64,000 nucleotides of DNA from positions 46,869 to 110,868 of the forward strand of contig JBBILZ010000001.1 of the NCBI GenBank assembly GCA_037444665.1, given 5' to 3'. The notes under the pieces are model-generated. The model had not been told where the DNA came from and searched no databases. It saw only the letters and a program-made list of their open reading frames with translations. The DNA comes from a candidate division WOR-3 bacterium (lineage in GTDB: Bacteria > Hydrothermota > Tepidihabitantia > SM23-42 > JAOAFX01). The first letter of the stretch is position 1; every line of letters starts with the position of its first letter. Positions 29,135-39,891 of this stretch are shown piece after piece. Position numbers and translations under genes: made by a program.

Positions 29135-30120
29135 TTAAAAATCTCACTGAAATTTATGGTCCTTCAGGACGGGAAGATAGGGTCCGTATGCTGATAAAAT
29201 CAGAAATAAAAAAGTTCTGCAAAAATATCAGGACCGACGCGCTCGGTAATTTGATTGCCCACATACCAGCAACTGGTAAAAAAAATGCAAAGAAATTAAT
29301 GTTCTGTGCGCATATGGATGAAATCGGTCTAATTGTAAAACATATTGACAAACAGGGGTTTCTGAGATTTACCAGCGTAGGCGGTATCTTTCCCGAGAAG
29401 ATTTTACATCAACGCGTAATCTTTGAAAATGGTGTGACCGGTGTTATTGGTGTAGAAACAAAACCAGAAACGCCAAAACCACCAACCATTGATAATTTTT
29501 ATATTGATATTGGAGCAGATAATCAGAGCCAGGCAAAGAAATTGGTCCAGATTGGTGATATTGCTTCATTTTATCAACAAGCTGAAATTATAAATAATAA
29601 AATTTTCTCCAAGGCACTTGATGACCGAATAGGCTGTTATTGTCTCATTGAAACAATGAAAAGATTAAAGAAGAACTCTTTTGACCTCTATTTTGTATTT
29701 TCTACACAGGAAGAAGTGGGTCTGCGTGGCGCCCGCACCAGTGCCTTTAGTATTAATCCAGATTACGCAATTGCAGTTGATGTCACGGCAACAGGAGATA
29801 CGCCTGAATCACCCCAGATGGCAGTGAGTATTGGTAAGGGTGTCGCCATAAAGATAAAGGACAGTGCATTTATTACCAGTACTATTATCAAAGATAAGAT
29901 CATAAGCTATGCCCAGAATTTTAAAATTCCCTATCAATTAGAAATCTTAGAGCGAGGCACAACCGACGCCGCGATTATTCAATTAATTAAAGAAGGAGTA
30001 TTGAGCGGAGTCCTGTCCATCCCGACCCGCTATATCCATTCACCAAATGAAGTGTGTGACCTGAATGATGTCAGTGCAACCATCAATCTTTTACAAGTTT
30101 GTGCGGAAAAGGGTTTTTAG
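29125..30120 (+). CDS. M42 family aminopeptidase (paralog)
   Basis: AHMDEIG, KALDDR, TQEEVGLRGA, RYIHS. Confidence 0.93.
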   Translation: MELIKNLTEIYGPSGREDRVRMLIKSEIKKFCKNIRTDALGNLIAHIPATGKKNAKKLMFCAHMDEIGLIVKHIDKQGFLRFTSVGGIFPEKILHQRVIFENGVTGVIGVETKPETPKPPTIDNFYIDIGADNQSQAKKLVQIGDIASFYQQAEIINNKIFSKALDDRIGCYCLIETMKRLKKNSFDLYFVFSTQEEVGLRGARTSAFSINPDYAIAVDVTATGDTPESPQMAVSIGKGVAIKIKDSAFITSTIIKDKIISYAQNFKIPYQLEILERGTTDAAIIQLIKEGVLSGVLSIPTRYIHSPNEVCDLNDVSATINLLQVCAEKGF

Positions 30121-30126
30121 CAATTA

Positions 30127-30879
30127 ATGAAAAAAGGATATTCAATAGTATTCAGTTCTACAAATTCCACAACCTCCCGACATTTTTTTCTTTCCCGCAA
30201 AATGTTCTTTGCAATTGCTTTTATACTTTCCCTTATATTAATCTTTATTATTTTCGGACTCGTAAAATACAGTGCCCTGTCTTATCGTATTATTGAGATG
30301 GAACTATTAAGAAGACGCAATGCAGAAATGGAAAAGGAGTTTAGCAAACTTGAAGCAATCAAGAAGAATTTAGAAATTGCGCAAGCAGAAAATCAAAAAA
30401 TAAAGGCAATGCTGGGTATTGATAAATCACCTGCTGAAGTTACGCCTTCATTTGAAAAAATTGAGAATAAATACGAAAAAGAGATAAATGATTCAAAAAA
30501 AGACGAAAACCTTCCTTATTTATTACCGGTGCTTGGCCAAATCTCAAGAAAATTTTCTGAAGCGCATAAGGGTATTGATATTGCTGCACCTATGTATTCA
30601 CCAGTAATCGCTGCAGCAGGTGGCAAAGTTGCCTCTGTTGGTTGGGATTCACTCTATGGAAATTATATTATCATTGAGCACAGTGAAAATTATAAAACTT
30701 TTTATGGACATCTCCATTCTATCCTCGTAAAGTTTGGTGATGTGGTCTCTGCTGGAAAAATCATTGGCTCACTTGGGTCAACAGGTAAATCAACATCTCC
30801 GCACCTCCATTATGAAGTAAAAAATCAGGGACAATCTGTTGACCCGATGGTTTATTTACCTACAAGGTCAGAAAAATAG
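30127..30879 (+). CDS. M23 family peptidase
   Basis: HKGIDIA, YGHL, STSPHLHYEV; N-terminal TM and coiled coil. Confidence 0.92.
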   Translation: MKKGYSIVFSSTNSTTSRHFFLSRKMFFAIAFILSLILIFIIFGLVKYSALSYRIIEMELLRRRNAEMEKEFSKLEAIKKNLEIAQAENQKIKAMLGIDKSPAEVTPSFEKIENKYEKEINDSKKDENLPYLLPVLGQISRKFSEAHKGIDIAAPMYSPVIAAAGGKVASVGWDSLYGNYIIIEHSENYKTFYGHLHSILVKFGDVVSAGKIIGSLGSTGKSTSPHLHYEVKNQGQSVDPMVYLPTRSEK

Positions 30880-30888
30880 AGGAGGTTT

Positions 30889-31845
30889 ATGAAAGCATTA
30901 ATTACTGGCATTTCAGGATTTGCTGGCAGCCATCTTGCAGACTATCTTTTATCGCTTAATAACTTTGAAGTCTTTGGAACAATTAAGTGGCGGTCAAGGC
31001 TTGATAATATAAATCATCTCCTTGATAAAATCAAATTGTATGAATGCGATATTAGAGATGCGTCAGCCATAAAATATGTGGTGAGCGAGGTGAAACCAAA
31101 CTATATATTCCATCTTGCTGCCCAGAGCTATGTGCCCTTTTCCTGGCGTGCACCTTCAGAAACCTTATCAACCAATATCCTCGGTGAATTAAATCTATTT
31201 GAGGCAGTGAGGGAGTTAAAGATTGATGCGTCTATTCACATTGCTGGCTCAAGCGAAGAATATGGAATGGTCTATCCTGATGAAATACCGATCAAGGAAA
31301 CAAATCCATTAAGACCATTGAGCCCTTATGCAGTAAGCAAAATCGCCCAGGATATGCTCGGTTATCAGTATTATAAAAGTTATGGAATAAAGATCATTAG
31401 AACCAGGGCATTCAATCATACTGGTCCGCGCCGCGGTGAGGTCTTTGTCACTTCTAATTTTGCCCGACAGATTATTGAAATTGAAAAAAAGAAAAGACAA
31501 CCAGTAATTTATGTTGGCAATCTTGAAGCAGTAAGGGATTTTCTTGATGTGCGTGATGTGGTCCGTGGTTATTATCTTGCTCTGAACAAAGGAGAACCCG
31601 GTGAAGTTTATAATATCGCATCAAGTAAAGGCGTAAAAATTAAAGAACTTCTGGACTTAATGATTAAACTGGCTCATCTTAATCTCAAGGTCATACAGGA
31701 GCCGTCCCGTATGAGACCTTCAGATGTTGAACTGCTCGTTGGTTCAAATGAAAAATTTAAAAAGGCAACGGGCTGGCAACCTGAAATACCATTTGAAAAA
31801 ACGATCCAGGACCTTCTTGATTATTGGCGGTCAAGGATAATATGA
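30889..31845 (+). CDS. GDP-mannose 4,6-dehydratase / Rmd-like SDR
   Basis: ITGISGFAGSHL, HLAAQS, SSEEYG, SPYAVSK, FNHTGPR. Confidence 0.88.
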   Translation: MKALITGISGFAGSHLADYLLSLNNFEVFGTIKWRSRLDNINHLLDKIKLYECDIRDASAIKYVVSEVKPNYIFHLAAQSYVPFSWRAPSETLSTNILGELNLFEAVRELKIDASIHIAGSSEEYGMVYPDEIPIKETNPLRPLSPYAVSKIAQDMLGYQYYKSYGIKIIRTRAFNHTGPRRGEVFVTSNFARQIIEIEKKKRQPVIYVGNLEAVRDFLDVRDVVRGYYLALNKGEPGEVYNIASSKGVKIKELLDLMIKLAHLNLKVIQEPSRMRPSDVELLVGSNEKFKKATGWQPEIPFEKTIQDLLDYWRSRII

Positions 31846-32774
31846 AACGGATTCTGGTCACCGGTTCTGAAGGTTTTGCCGGCTCACATTTAATGAAAAT
31901 CTTAAAAGAATCGCTCAATATCATAATACCTACCTGTTTTCCCTTATTAAAACCGAAACATGGCAAATTCATCAGCCTTGACATTACTAATATTGATATG
32001 GTGCGCGAGATATTTAAAACACACAATCCAGACATAATTTTCCATCTGGCAGCAGTAAGTTCTGTTGCCAAGTCGTTTCTTGACCGACCATTTACTTATA
32101 ATACAAATGTAATGGGGACAGTGAACCTGCTTGAGGCTGCGCAATCATTAAATAAAAAAATTAAGTTTATTTTTATTTCTACCTGCGAGGTCTATGGTGG
32201 TGGAGAAAATTTAAAAGAAGATGCTCCCATCGTTTTGAAAAATCCCTATGCCGTAAGTAAATATGCCTGCGAACTTATCTGTAAAGAATACACCAGTTCA
32301 AATATTGAAATTATAATCTTAAGACCATTCAATCATACGGGTCCTGGACAATCTGATGATTTTGTTGTTCCTTCTATTGCACGACAGGTTGCCGAGATTG
32401 AGCAGGGTAAAAAGATACCCTTGATTGAATTGGGCAATACTCAAATAAAAAGAGAATTTATGGATGTTATGGATGTGGTGCTGGCTTACAAACTTGCCAT
32501 TGAAAAATCTCTTGTTCCGGATATTTATAATATTTCTTCAAATAAAAGCCATTCCCTTGCCGATATTATTGAAATTTTCAAAAAAATGACCCGGGTTAAA
32601 TTTGATATAAAGATTGACCCATCACGCCTGCGCAAAACCGATATTCCTATCCTCACTGGTAACGGAGAAAAATTTTCACAATTGACTGGCTGGAAACCAA
32701 AAATAAAATTAGAAAAGACCATAGAAGACACACTGAATTATTGGCGGGCAAAAGTGCAGGATACTAACAAGTAA
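31842..32774 (+). CDS. GDP-4-keto-6-deoxymannose reductase-like SDR
   Basis: VTGSEGFAG, PYAVSK, PFNHTGPGQ; likely ATG 31842. Confidence 0.85.
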   Translation: MKRILVTGSEGFAGSHLMKILKESLNIIIPTCFPLLKPKHGKFISLDITNIDMVREIFKTHNPDIIFHLAAVSSVAKSFLDRPFTYNTNVMGTVNLLEAAQSLNKKIKFIFISTCEVYGGGENLKEDAPIVLKNPYAVSKYACELICKEYTSSNIEIIILRPFNHTGPGQSDDFVVPSIARQVAEIEQGKKIPLIELGNTQIKREFMDVMDVVLAYKLAIEKSLVPDIYNISSNKSHSLADIIEIFKKMTRVKFDIKIDPSRLRKTDIPILTGNGEKFSQLTGWKPKIKLEKTIEDTLNYWRAKVQDTNK

Positions 32775-32818
32775 AAAGTAAACCGATGTGCTTTCCTTTG
32801 TAAATAATCATTTTTACT

Positions 32819-33910
32819 ATGAATATTCTGGTAATTAACTGGCAGGACTGGCAAAATCCTTACGCAGGTGGTGCAGAGGTCTATTTTTATGAAATATTTT
32901 CGCGCCTGATCAAAAAGGGGCATAAGGTAATATTGCTCTGTAGCAGAGGGCAAAAACAAAAACGATATGAAATTGTTGATGGTTTTGAAATTTTTCGTAT
33001 CGGGAGAAGATCAAATTTCAATTTTTTTGTGCCGTCTGCGCTGCGTGCATTAATGCGACACAAAAAGATTGATGTAATAATTGATGACCAGAACAAAATC
33101 CCTTTCTACTCACCACTCTTTACTAAAAGCAGAAATCTTATTATGATTATGCATCTTTTTAGAAAGGCAATATTTAAAGAAACAAACTTTATCTTTGCAA
33201 GTTATGTATTTATTACGGAACGACTCATTCCACTACTTTATCCCCATTCACATTTCATTGCAATTTCGCAGAGCACTGCCGGTGACCTACGCGCTATGGG
33301 AGTGAAGAACAAAATCTATGTTGTCTATAGCGGGATACCCAAAATTACAATTAAAAGTAATGTGCCACGTCAGAAAAATCTCATTGCTTATGTGGGAAGG
33401 ATTAAAAAATATAAATCCATTGACCATCTTCTGTACGCTGTGCACAATCTCAAAAAAGAATATCCAGTAGAATTGACCATTGTAGGTGGGGGCGATGGCC
33501 TGTTAGATTTGAAGAAAATTGCCCAGAGATTGAATCTTGCTGTTAATTTCAGGGGTTTTGTAAAAGAAAATGAGAAATACGAGGTATATCACCAGGCACG
33601 CATTGTAGTCCAACCCTCTATCAAAGAAGGTTGGGGGTTGACCTCAATTGAAGCGCAGGCATGCGGAACCCCTGTCATCTGCGCCAATAGTCCAGGTTTA
33701 AAAGAAACAGTAATTGATGGAAAAACAGGCTATTTATATGAATATGGCAATATCCCTCAATTGACCGATAGAATCAAAGAGTTACTCATTGATGATGAAA
33801 AATGGAAAAGTTTTTCAAATGAAGCACAGGAATGGACGAAAAATTTTTCGTGGGACAAAGCCGCAGAAATGATGGATAAAATCCTTTGTGCAGAAATGGA
33901 AAATCTATGA
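32819..33910 (+). CDS. GT4 glycosyltransferase
   Basis: AGGAE, EGWGLTSIEAQACGTPV. Confidence 0.93.
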   Translation: MNILVINWQDWQNPYAGGAEVYFYEIFSRLIKKGHKVILLCSRGQKQKRYEIVDGFEIFRIGRRSNFNFFVPSALRALMRHKKIDVIIDDQNKIPFYSPLFTKSRNLIMIMHLFRKAIFKETNFIFASYVFITERLIPLLYPHSHFIAISQSTAGDLRAMGVKNKIYVVYSGIPKITIKSNVPRQKNLIAYVGRIKKYKSIDHLLYAVHNLKKEYPVELTIVGGGDGLLDLKKIAQRLNLAVNFRGFVKENEKYEVYHQARIVVQPSIKEGWGLTSIEAQACGTPVICANSPGLKETVIDGKTGYLYEYGNIPQLTDRIKELLIDDEKWKSFSNEAQEWTKNFSWDKAAEMMDKILCAEMENL

Positions 33911-36165
33911 AATCTATTATTTTTATATGTATCATTACATTATTGAGTCCTTGTCTCATTTTTTCGGCGACCCGGAATCCTGTTGATGACTTTTCAATTG
34001 CACTCAAAAATTATGAGCAGGGTGAATATTATATTGCCCGGGTATTCTTTGAGCAGTTTGTCAATAACAACCCTTATGATACATTAATTCCACAGGCATA
34101 TTACTATCTATTAAAAATCTATGACCAGAATAATGATTTGACGAAATTCTTCAGTCGTGCAAATAAATTTCTTGAGTCTTTCACATATGATAAAAAAAGG
34201 GAAGAAATTTTCAATCTGTTGCTCAAAAAACTTGTAGAGCAGAATACATATTATCTTGCTTATAAATACATTCAGAAATATGATTATATATCCGTTGACA
34301 CCGTTCTTCTTAGTAAAATCATTCTGAACCTGAGCACGCAGACGATTTTTATTGATAAATTCTTAGAAATTTTCCCTGAAAATGAATCATTAAAGATTTT
34401 AAAGGCATTGACAATAAAAAACTTAAATGAGCGGACGCAGATATTCCAAACAATAAAAAAACCCAGGAGTAGTTTATATTTAATTGATAATTATCTGCTC
34501 ATAGGAGATACTGTAAGTGCGTGGGAAGAATATCAAAGTATCAAATTGAATGAAATCCCTGAAAATATGTTATACCGGTGGGCAATGTTTGCAATTATCT
34601 TCAATGAAAATGACTTGAAGAAAATACTATCCCGACTGGAGACCTATCCGGAGTTAAAAGAAAAAAAGAAAATCTTAAATATATTCATAGAAAAAAGACT
34701 CCCTGACAGTATTTCTATCCAGCAGGACCAGGACCTTAAATTTGTCCAGAAATTTTTTAATATGCGCCATATTGATTCAACTCAACTGCTCTTTCCTGAG
34801 AACATAAATATGGATTCTATTCTGAATGACACATCCAACATTGAAAATAATCTTTTAAGTTTAAGGCAACAGATTAAATCAAATTATAAACTTGATTCAA
34901 TCTACTGTGAACATCTTATCAAAAAGCAGGCATACGCCGAAGCCTATAATGTGATTAAAGATTATTTACCATATCCTGAAACAAGAAATTTTAGCCGTAT
35001 GACAAGGGCATTAAAATACTGCGCTGAAAATAATTTTAAAATGGCATTGAATGACCTTATATTCTGTTTAAACAACGACCCTTACATAAAGTTCATTTAT
35101 GCCGAATGCCTTAAACAAACCGGTCGTGACCCGGTGCCAGTTTACGAAGAACTGTTAGCCAGTTGTCGTGATTCACTGATTAGGTTTCAGAGTTTGAGTG
35201 AATATATTAAATACAAATATAATAAAGACGATTATCCAGCCATAACCAAAATAGTCTTTCAAGAGATTCAGAATGATACTGATCTTACAAAACTTTATCT
35301 TTTGAGCCTTGTCCGCACAGGTAAGACTGCAAAGGCAGAAACACTTTATCAAAAAATATTCGGTAACCTTGATCTGGATTTCCATAACGCCCGCATCAAT
35401 TATCTTATGGAAAACAAATTATGGAAAAAAGCCAGTATCGTACTGGATTCCCTTATCAAAATTACGGAGTATCAGAATAACCAAATCTTAAATTACAATA
35501 ATGCTCTGGTTGCCTTTTGCACTGAAAATTATGCGTATGCTGAAACCTGTTTTCATAATTTCATCAGCCGTTTCAAAAAGAACAAATATTATTATCCAGC
35601 ATTATTCAAAATTGGGACACTAAAATATTTAAAGCAGAGTTTTGATTCTGCTGCATATTATTATGGTCTCGCGGCAAAAGATTCTATGCTGCGTATAGAG
35701 GCATTACAGAATCAGTTGCTTGCCCTCAAAAAAAGTGAACGCTGGGCAGAGCTGATTGATGTGGGACAAATGTTTATTAAAATCTGCCCCGATTCAATGA
35801 AACCAGATTATTACTTTGAAATTGGCTATGCCTGTTTAAGGGCAGGGTTAATAAACCAGGCAATAAAAAATCTAAAAACAGCTATCAGTTTAAAATCAAA
35901 TGTTAATTATCATTACTGGCTCGGTGAAGCATATCTTGGTAAAGGTGATTTTCAAAGGGCTTTGTATCACTATCAAAAAATAGTTTATAACTTTAAAAAA
36001 GACGAAATGTGGTATCCAACTGCCCTGTTTAAAACTGGACTTGCCTTAGAGATGCTTGATGAAATGAAAGAAGCAAAGGAAATTTACCACAGGATTATCA
36101 AGGAAAGGGGAACCGGTGATATCTGGGGCAATGAAGCACAAAAAAGGCTGGAGTTATTAAAATGA
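33907..36165 (+). CDS. exported TPR protein
   Basis: Signal peptide; BamD/CpoB-like TPRs at both ends. Confidence 0.8.
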   Translation: MKSIIFICIITLLSPCLIFSATRNPVDDFSIALKNYEQGEYYIARVFFEQFVNNNPYDTLIPQAYYYLLKIYDQNNDLTKFFSRANKFLESFTYDKKREEIFNLLLKKLVEQNTYYLAYKYIQKYDYISVDTVLLSKIILNLSTQTIFIDKFLEIFPENESLKILKALTIKNLNERTQIFQTIKKPRSSLYLIDNYLLIGDTVSAWEEYQSIKLNEIPENMLYRWAMFAIIFNENDLKKILSRLETYPELKEKKKILNIFIEKRLPDSISIQQDQDLKFVQKFFNMRHIDSTQLLFPENINMDSILNDTSNIENNLLSLRQQIKSNYKLDSIYCEHLIKKQAYAEAYNVIKDYLPYPETRNFSRMTRALKYCAENNFKMALNDLIFCLNNDPYIKFIYAECLKQTGRDPVPVYEELLASCRDSLIRFQSLSEYIKYKYNKDDYPAITKIVFQEIQNDTDLTKLYLLSLVRTGKTAKAETLYQKIFGNLDLDFHNARINYLMENKLWKKASIVLDSLIKITEYQNNQILNYNNALVAFCTENYAYAETCFHNFISRFKKNKYYYPALFKIGTLKYLKQSFDSAAYYYGLAAKDSMLRIEALQNQLLALKKSERWAELIDVGQMFIKICPDSMKPDYYFEIGYACLRAGLINQAIKNLKTAISLKSNVNYHYWLGEAYLGKGDFQRALYHYQKIVYNFKKDEMWYPTALFKTGLALEMLDEMKEAKEIYHRIIKERGTGDIWGNEAQKRLELLK

Positions 36166-36692
36166 TAAGAAAATCGCCCTATCATTTTATTCGTGGTATC
36201 ATTCCTTTTGCAGTATTCCCCTATTTTCACTTACTACTTACTACTTACTACCTACTACTTACTAACTGCTGCGGTTACTCCACCCGTTCATTATTACCTG
36301 GATATATTAAAAAGGTCCATATAAAAATCTTTGAAAACCAGACCCTTAAGCCTGGGTTGGATGAAATAGCAACCCAGACGACGACTGAAGCATTTCGCAA
36401 TAATTCAGGTTTGAAAATTGTCAGTGAAGATGAAGCTGATATTGTTGTCAGTGGCAAAATAACTGGTTTTTCAAAAGACCCTTATGTATATACTGGTGCC
36501 CTTGATGTTTCACAATATAAAATTACTGTCAAATTCTCGGTTACCTGTTTTGATCAGGTGAAGAATACAATCTACTGGCAAGGTGATATTTCAGATTGGG
36601 CAATTTATACTACTGATGAAGATGCAAGTATCAAAGAAGCAACCAAAAGAGCTGCGGAAAGGCTCGTAACAACTATTTTAACTAACTGGTAA
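36162..36692 (+). CDS. lptE: LptE-family lipoprotein
   Basis: CGYS after the lipobox, IFENQT, ADIVVSGKIT, C-terminal NW. Confidence 0.8.
   Translation: MIRKSPYHFIRGIIPFAVFPYFHLLLTTYYLLLTNCCGYSTRSLLPGYIKKVHIKIFENQTLKPGLDEIATQTTTEAFRNNSGLKIVSEDEADIVVSGKITGFSKDPYVYTGALDVSQYKITVKFSVTCFDQVKNTIYWQGDISDWAIYTTDEDASIKEATKRAAERLVTTILTNW
36230..36264 (+). repeat. CYTACTA heptamer tandem repeat x5 inside lptE
   Basis: cttacta x3, cctacta, cttacta; translates as LLLTTYYLLLT. Confidence 0.9.
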
Positions 36693-36784
36693 AATTATTT
36701 TTATCTATTGATAAAATGCTGAAATGTAAACAATTATGACCTCTATTATTGACATAATTATTTTAATGTCTATAATGATTTAAG

Positions 36785-38830
36785 ATGGAACCAGAAATTT
36801 CAATAGTTATTGTTAATTATAATGTCAAACACTTTCTGGAACAATGTTTAATGGCAATTGAGCGCGCAAAACATAACCTTACGATAGAAATCATTGTGGT
36901 TGACAACGCCTCAGTTGATGGCAGTCAAACCATGCTCAAGAAAACATTTCCTCAAGTTAGACTTATTGAAAACCATAATAACCTGGGCTTTGGCAGGGCA
37001 AATAATCAGGCATTAAAGATTGCCCGCGGCAAATATATATTGATTTTAAATCCCGATACATTAATTCAGGAAGATACCCTTCAGGTATTAAAGAATTTTC
37101 TTGATGAACATCAAGAGGCGAGTATGGTAGGTTGCAAATTGATTAATCCAGATGGTTCATTCCAGATTGCCAGCCGCAGGAGCATCCCGACGCCGTGGGT
37201 GGCATTCGCCAAAATCATCGGGTTGAGCAGAATGTTTCCAAAAAGCAAAATCTTTGGCAGATATAATCTTACCTATCTCTCCCCAGAGATTGAATCTGAG
37301 GTTGATATCCTGTCCGGTTCTCTAATGATGGCAAGAAAGGATGTCCTTGAAAAAGTAGGCTATTTTGATGAGGATTATTTTATGTATGGGGAGGACATTG
37401 ATTTGTGTTATAAAATAAAAAAGGCAGGCGGAAAAATTTACTACACACCAAGAACAAAAGCAATTCATTATAAAGGCGAAAGCACAAAAAAAGGAGAATT
37501 TTCTTACATTACCAACTTTTATTCATCAATGTTAATATTTATTGATAAACATTTCAAAAATCATTATTCGGTATTGGTGAAGTTTATTTTAGTGCTGGGT
37601 ATATATTTAAGGGCAATTATTGCCTTTTTTCTCTCTTTTTTTAAAAGCATAACCGCCGTGCTATTTGATTTTCTTATAATCATACTTTGTATCTTTATGG
37701 CAATAAAATTATGGCTACCTCATTATCCACTGACACGATTTAGCATCATCTTTCCAGTATACACATTGGTCTGGCTGTTCAGTATATATTTATCAGGGGC
37801 ATACCATCCCCGTGGGAAATACCATATTAAGCAGGTCATTGCCGGTGCCCTTGTCGGATTTTTATTAAATTCCACATTCACCTACTTTTTTAAGCAGTTT
37901 GCATATTCACGGGTAGTAGTCTTGATTGCCTTTGGCCTGAACACATTTCTTTTAAGTTGCTGGCGTACAATCTATCGCCTCATTGGCCCGCATTCAATCA
38001 AACACCCACTTTCTAAACTCCGCCGCACAATTATTGTCGGTGCGGGCAAAGAAGGTTTGAGAATTCTTAAGAAATTGAGGACAAGACCTGATATTCCTTA
38101 TGAAGTATGTGGTTTTGTTGATTTTGATGAAAAAAATATTGGCAAAGAAGTTGATGGCGCTGAAGTTCTGGCAACAATTAAAAATATCAAAGATGTAATA
38201 AAGATACAAAAAATTGATGATGTAATATTTTCAAGTGACCGCCTCAGTAATAAACAAATACTTGAAACAATATCGTATGCCAGTGGCACAGGCGTAAATT
38301 TCCGTATTGTTCCTCATGAACTGGAGTATATTATAGCAAAATCATCAGTTGATGAGATTGATACTCTTCCATTATTAGATTTTATGAGTTCTTATGACCC
38401 GATTGATTTGATGGCGAAAAGATTCTTTGATATTTTTATCGCGGTGATTATGATTATTATATTATCGCCGCTCTGGTTGATAAATTTTATTACAGGAGCA
38501 AAATTGGTGGGTAAAAAGATTCTCACTGAAAAAAATGTGTTAGAAACAATTTACATATTTGAAGGAGGAATACCTTTTTTAAAAAATACACCGCTATATT
38601 TTGCGGTCTTAAAAGGAACACTGAGTATGGTCGGTGCAGAGATGAGTGATATAGATAAACAAAAAGAAAGACCACCATTTAAATTAGGGCTGACAGGATT
38701 TGTACAGGTTAAATCCCGTGAAAAGAACAAAAAACTCAGCCCGCAGGAGAAAATTTATTATAACCTTTATTATTTAAAGAACCGTTCCCTGATTACAGAC
38801 CTGCAGATTTTATTGAAATCTATATTTTAA
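36785..38830 (+). CDS. GT2 glycosyltransferase fused to TM / CoA-binding-like / sugar-transferase-like domains
   Basis: IVIVNYN, VDNASVDGS, LNPDT, FMYGEDIDLC, IIVGAG, GLTGFVQV; promoter TTGACA-N16-TATAAT at 36749-36776. Confidence 0.88.
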   Translation: MEPEISIVIVNYNVKHFLEQCLMAIERAKHNLTIEIIVVDNASVDGSQTMLKKTFPQVRLIENHNNLGFGRANNQALKIARGKYILILNPDTLIQEDTLQVLKNFLDEHQEASMVGCKLINPDGSFQIASRRSIPTPWVAFAKIIGLSRMFPKSKIFGRYNLTYLSPEIESEVDILSGSLMMARKDVLEKVGYFDEDYFMYGEDIDLCYKIKKAGGKIYYTPRTKAIHYKGESTKKGEFSYITNFYSSMLIFIDKHFKNHYSVLVKFILVLGIYLRAIIAFFLSFFKSITAVLFDFLIIILCIFMAIKLWLPHYPLTRFSIIFPVYTLVWLFSIYLSGAYHPRGKYHIKQVIAGALVGFLLNSTFTYFFKQFAYSRVVVLIAFGLNTFLLSCWRTIYRLIGPHSIKHPLSKLRRTIIVGAGKEGLRILKKLRTRPDIPYEVCGFVDFDEKNIGKEVDGAEVLATIKNIKDVIKIQKIDDVIFSSDRLSNKQILETISYASGTGVNFRIVPHELEYIIAKSSVDEIDTLPLLDFMSSYDPIDLMAKRFFDIFIAVIMIIILSPLWLINFITGAKLVGKKILTEKNVLETIYIFEGGIPFLKNTPLYFAVLKGTLSMVGAEMSDIDKQKERPPFKLGLTGFVQVKSREKNKKLSPQEKIYYNLYYLKNRSLITDLQILLKSIF

Positions 38831-39303
38831 TCCTCAGGTGGTTTGTTGCGCCCTTTGCGCACTTCCCTTATTAATTCCCTGATCTCCCTTTCAAAATCTT
38901 CCTGGAATATCATAAATTTTGCCTGCTGTACTGGTGTAAGTATCTGCCTTAAATCCTCTATCTCTTTCATCTGCGCAGTTATCCTTTTTTTATGAATCTC
39001 CTGAAATTTATTCAAAACATTTACGATTTCCTGCTCCGGCGTATTATTTTTTAACAAATCTCTCAATTTCTGAATTAATTCCAGCCTTTGTTTTTGAAAT
39101 TCTTGCTCGGTCTTTCTCATCTCTTTCAGGTGAGGAAAAAATTTTGTGGTCTGTTCTTCGGTCAGGTCAAGTGCTTCAGTTAATTTATAAATCCTCACCT
39201 TCTCAATTATCTCGCGCGGGTCTTTTTTATCGTATGGTTCCTGTGCTACAAGCAGCAACACAGGCACAAATAACAATATTAATTTTTTCATAGATACCCC
39301 CAA
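38827..39303 (-). CDS. Spy/CpxP-like periplasmic helical protein
   Basis: LDLTEEQ and LTPVQQ motifs, signal peptide. Confidence 0.75.
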   Translation of the reverse strand: MGVSMKKLILLFVPVLLLVAQEPYDKKDPREIIEKVRIYKLTEALDLTEEQTTKFFPHLKEMRKTEQEFQKQRLELIQKLRDLLKNNTPEQEIVNVLNKFQEIHKKRITAQMKEIEDLRQILTPVQQAKFMIFQEDFEREIRELIREVRKGRNKPPED

Positions 39304-39327
39304 TGTTTTTTTGAAATTAAAAAAAAT

Positions 39328-39891
39328 CTAAAGATATTTTTTTCCATATTTCTCGCTAATAACCTCAATAAATTTCCGCTGCTCATCCGTGGTCAAATCT
39401 TTTAATCCCTGTTCAATATCTTCGTCAAAGTATTCTTCAAGGGCATTAAACTGGCTCACTATATTATTATCAACTATCCTTTCCAGCAACAGGGCATTGA
39501 AATATTTATCCTGCGAAAGGCTAAATATGGGCACTGAAATTTCCAGGGATTGCTCTTTTTGCCGATTAAAAAGAAGAACAAACACTAATACACCCAGTGC
39601 CGGTATAAGAATACTCCAGATTTTCCACAATGCTTTCTTCAAAACAATCTCCTGCTGGCGCACCCTACTTTTCATTTTTATAAAAACCTCTTCTGCCGGG
39701 ATAACGACTTCATCTTTATCCATCATTGCATAAATCTTTTTAATCGCTGACAACTCTTTCTGACATACATCACATTCTTTCAAATGGGCTTCAAATATGC
39801 TTTTATTTTGAATATCCAGCAACCCTTCAATATAGTCTATGACTCTCTCCTGAAATTGACATTTATTAATTTTTTTATTCATCATATCCAA
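39328..39891 (-). CDS. zinc-binding (zf-HC2) anti-sigma factor
   Basis: HLKECDVC plus one TM helix, downstream of an ECF sigma. Confidence 0.85.
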   Translation of the reverse strand: MDMMNKKINKCQFQERVIDYIEGLLDIQNKSIFEAHLKECDVCQKELSAIKKIYAMMDKDEVVIPAEEVFIKMKSRVRQQEIVLKKALWKIWSILIPALGVLVFVLLFNRQKEQSLEISVPIFSLSQDKYFNALLLERIVDNNIVSQFNALEEYFDEDIEQGLKDLTTDEQRKFIEVISEKYGKKYL

